Positions 61,352 through 64,000 of a stretch of DNA of 64,000 bases are shown here, in pieces; position 1 is the stretch's first letter; each line of letters opens with the position of its first letter. The stretch lies in the IMG/VR virus record IMGVR_UViG_3300024999_000092; one strand, written 5' to 3'. The DNA is from an uncultured virus (IMG/VR IMGVR_UViG_3300024999_000092). Taxonomy: Duplodnaviria; Heunggongvirae; Uroviricota; Caudoviricetes. The position numbers and the translations under genes are program-made. A model generated the notes under the pieces. That model was not told the origin of the DNA. It made no database searches and worked only from the letters and a program-made list of their open reading frames with translations.

Positions 61352-62011
61352 GTGAAAGATCGCGCTTTAATAGATAGAATATCTAGCACAATGCTAGAGT
61401 TAGAATTGTCTAAAATACGCTTTGACAGTGAGCAAAATAGAATAAAGGAAGAGTTAACTAATTATCTAACCGACAACAAGGAACTCATCACTAGAGATGT
61501 AATGTCATATTATTATTGGGAAACTAATCTTGCCGTATCCATACTTAAGGCATCATTGAATGACGAAAAAATGATGATAAATAAGTTTGTTCAAGGTTAT
61601 TGTGTTGTAACCTCATGTCCTAACTGCGGTTCCGATGTTTTCTCATATCCAAGGTCAAGAGAAAAGAGAAGATATATGAAAGACGATGTATTATGTCCTG
61701 TCTGTAGCGATAGAAAGAAATGGATTAAGGAGAGAAAATCTAAAGAGGAATGGGAAGATTATAAAATATACCTAAAGAAATTAAAGGATATGCCCTATAA
61801 AGAATATCTGCGCACGAATCATTGGTTAGATGTAAGGAGAAGGGCATTAAACAGGGCTAATAATAAGTGTCAACTATGTTACAATGAGAACAAACTACAG
61901 GTTCACCATAAGACATATGAGAGAAGAGGTCACGAGCATAATAGTGATGTTATAGTTTTATGTGAGAAATGCCATAAGAAATTCCATGATATTTTAGATA
62001 GTAAGGAGTAG
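61352..62011 (+). CDS. HNH endonuclease with N-terminal Zn-ribbon
   Basis: CPNC...CPVC; YKEYLRTNHW, CQLC, LQVHH, LCEKCHKKFH; GTG start after GGAGGT. Confidence 0.85.
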   Translation: MKDRALIDRISSTMLELELSKIRFDSEQNRIKEELTNYLTDNKELITRDVMSYYYWETNLAVSILKASLNDEKMMINKFVQGYCVVTSCPNCGSDVFSYPRSREKRRYMKDDVLCPVCSDRKKWIKERKSKEEWEDYKIYLKKLKDMPYKEYLRTNHWLDVRRRALNRANNKCQLCYNENKLQVHHKTYERRGHEHNSDVIVLCEKCHKKFHDILDSKE

Positions 62012-62090
62012 AGTTTAAGGGTGCCGCATAGCACCCTTTTCTGCCGTATCCAGCACAAAGTTACCTAAAAAAAATAACCCCAATTGGGGT

Positions 62091-62375
62091 TTAATGAAAA
62101 CTCAAAGCACTCTCGACATACTCACTATTCTCCTTATCCATCTTGGCAAGCTGATACCTAGACACTACATCCCTTATCTCTTTGCTAAATTTTTTAGCAC
62201 CAACGCCAATGGTAACCGCATTATCTGGTCTATGAATGGCATTTATCAGACCACCAAGTTTAATCCAATATTCGGTGAATACTCCCTTTTCATATTCAAT
62301 GACAATTATATCTGTCTCTGCATCGTTAAGTATTGCTCTTATGGTTCCGAAAGTGATATTAGAATCGTCCTTCAA
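62091..62375 (-). CDS. Hypothetical protein
   Basis: RBS GGGAGG. Confidence 0.55.
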   Translation of the reverse strand: MKDDSNITFGTIRAILNDAETDIIVIEYEKGVFTEYWIKLGGLINAIHRPDNAVTIGVGAKKFSKEIRDVVSRYQLAKMDKENSEYVESALSFH

Positions 62376-62380
62376 GCAAC

Positions 62381-62602
62381 CTACCTCCCAATCATCCTAT
62401 TATGATTCGCAACAACTCTCTTATCCCGTATCTTCTCCCAGGCATCGCCGTACAGCGACTCCATCCGCTTATTGAATATCTTTTCCTTGCGCACCTGCTT
62501 CTTATAATACTTCTCATGGTCAGGCGTATTGTCCGGCGGGCCCAAATGATAGAGAGTACCCAAAATCATTCCAATGCCCCGACCTGCTCCCGATAAACTC
62601 AT
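62381..62602 (-). CDS. Hypothetical protein
   Basis: ATGA-coupled to the upstream gene. Confidence 0.5.
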   Translation of the reverse strand: MSLSGAGRGIGMILGTLYHLGPPDNTPDHEKYYKKQVRKEKIFNKRMESLYGDAWEKIRDKRVVANHNRMIGR

Positions 62603-63240
62603 TTAATCACGTCCTTTACTTCGCTCATTAGACAAACATAAAACACAACTTTACTGCCTTTAATCAACTTCTCGATCCTTGCCTTATCCTTAAGATTATC
62701 AACAACTACGACAACTCTAGCAAACTTACCCGGCATCGGCCAATCCTCGGCATCCCATTTACGACTAAGCGCATATTGCTCGTATTGCTGAATCTTAACC
62801 GACATATCGGAATGATTAATCGCCCTCTGATACTCAACGAAATACGGCCTGTTTTCGACCACTACAAACGCATCAGCTATGCCAATACCATAATCAAAAT
62901 CACTCTTAAATACGGGGTTAATATGCCGCAAATTAATGAATATCTGATTAATACCTAACCTATGTTCAACGTGCTTTGGCTGCTTACCCATCCAATAAAT
63001 ATAATCGTTACAGGACATACACCTGCCTCGATAAATTAACTTTGCATCAAAGAGTTTCTTTAACTCCGTTCTGCATTTGTGCTGACCATAATTGGAATCA
63101 TCAAACAATAACTGATTAACTTGCCGACGAGAAAGAACACCAAAATCTTTAAGAAAATTAATAATATCAAAACGTCTTTGAGTAGAACGAATCGGAAAAC
63201 TAACAAAAGCCAAATTTTCAGCAGACATAAAGGCTAACAC
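62599..63240 (-). CDS. Replication-relaxation (Replic_Relax)-like protein
   Basis: Winged HTH (FGVLSRRQVNQLLF), HRLGIN, IADAF...FVEYQR...KIQQY PD-(D/E)xK-like motif; next to FtsK. Confidence 0.75.
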   Translation of the reverse strand: MLAFMSAENLAFVSFPIRSTQRRFDIINFLKDFGVLSRRQVNQLLFDDSNYGQHKCRTELKKLFDAKLIYRGRCMSCNDYIYWMGKQPKHVEHRLGINQIFINLRHINPVFKSDFDYGIGIADAFVVVENRPYFVEYQRAINHSDMSVKIQQYEQYALSRKWDAEDWPMPGKFARVVVVVDNLKDKARIEKLIKGSKVVFYVCLMSEVKDVIK

Positions 63241-63296
63241 CTCACATTTAAAACAAGTGGTTTATAATACGCGGATTGATAAAAGTATCGGTATGT

Positions 63297-63506
63297 CTAC
63301 CAACTTAAATTATTCTGTCGCTCCTTCAAAGATTTGATATTTTCAGCACACCATTCACTCGTAAAATTTAATGTATAGTTCATTAACTCAACCCTTCTAT
63401 TAAGAGTATTTACTATTTCCTTAATGTGATCTCTTTCGATAATCATAGCGACAGTAACTTCTCTAAGTACTTCAACAGACTCAAGCATAAAATCTAAATT
63501 ATCCAT
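63297..63506 (-). CDS. Small coiled-coil hypothetical protein
   Basis: ORF between the FtsK-like and Replic_Relax genes. Confidence 0.5.
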   Translation of the reverse strand: MDNLDFMLESVEVLREVTVAMIIERDHIKEIVNTLNRRVELMNYTLNFTSEWCAENIKSLKERQNNLSW

Positions 63507-63509
63507 ACG

Positions 63510-64000
63510 TCACCAACTTAAAACCTCCTCGTCTTCCTCAGTGGCTAAAACGGTAACAACATTGTCGGACGGATATACCTTTTTAATCATCTTCTTAATC
63601 ATGCCAGGGTGCAAATCCATAACCTGCACCTTCCGCATCCTCTCTTTGGCCTGAAATATACACCTGCCGGGACATTCGAGATATGCCGCTTGGTTGCGTT
63701 CTTCGCCCAATACCATTCTACTATACCGGCGAGAACTCACCTTAAAGGCTATCGTTGCCGGTATTAACGATCTAACCTCGCCGGATACAACCTTACATGA
63801 AGGGTGCTGCGTGCAAATAATCGTGTGGATCCCAGCAAACCGACCTTGTTGCACCAGCGTTAACGCTAACTTTTTTGCATCTTCGTCAAGACTCATCCAT
63901 TCATCAATAACGATAACGGCATGAGACATTTTATCCTTGCCTACCTTGTTGTAATCGGCAATAGAGGACACGTTGGCTTTGCTAATCAACTTAGCTCGGT
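63510..64000 (-). CDS. FtsK/SpoIIIE-family ATPase, C-terminal part (truncated by window)
   Basis: IVIDEW, QQGRFAGIHTIICTQHP, IAFKV, AAYLECPGRCIF; frame stays open to the window edge. Confidence 0.85.
   Translation of the reverse strand, partial: RAKLISKANVSSIADYNKVGKDKMSHAVIVIDEWMSLDEDAKKLALTLVQQGRFAGIHTIICTQHPSCKVVSGEVRSLIPATIAFKVSSRRYSRMVLGEERNQAAYLECPGRCIFQAKERMRKVQVMDLHPGMIKKMIKKVYPSDNVVTVLATEEDEEVLSW

Overview
The window is most of a temperate tailed-phage genome from a spore-forming Firmicute (GGAGG RBSs, sigma-A promoters, Spo0A-C, YopX and ArpU/RinA genes). No host chromosomal genes and no integrase are visible. Most genes are on the minus strand. Right to left: FtsK-like ATPase (truncated) and replication-relaxation gene; HNH/RHH insert; small accessory ORFs; cI/cro-like switch; recombination, SNF2 helicase plus DNA methylases and DnaD/DnaC-like replication; Spo0A-C, ThyX-like, MazG, RuvC-like and ArpU/RinA genes; a 5-kb plus-strand island of small early genes; RepL-like gene, terS and a dif-like site; intein-containing terL; P22-like podovirus morphogenesis (portal, scaffold, capsid, adaptor, nozzle, fibres, ejection proteins); an immI-like RHH/antirepressor module; and the start of a lysis gene. 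The most notable signals are non-coding. (1) The early island has four RHH operators, a type I hammerhead ribozyme fold with an inverted 15.1-16.1 pair, a ~190-nt multi-stem RNA, and long hairpins in front of several RBSs. (2) A 28-bp XerCD dif-like site, a RepL-like gene, and a counter-transcript-controlled HTH/coiled-coil gene point to a phage-plasmid or dif-integrating lifestyle. (3) A three-way-junction antisense RNA lies over the lysis leader. All family assignments are by eye from motifs and synteny; no searches were run.
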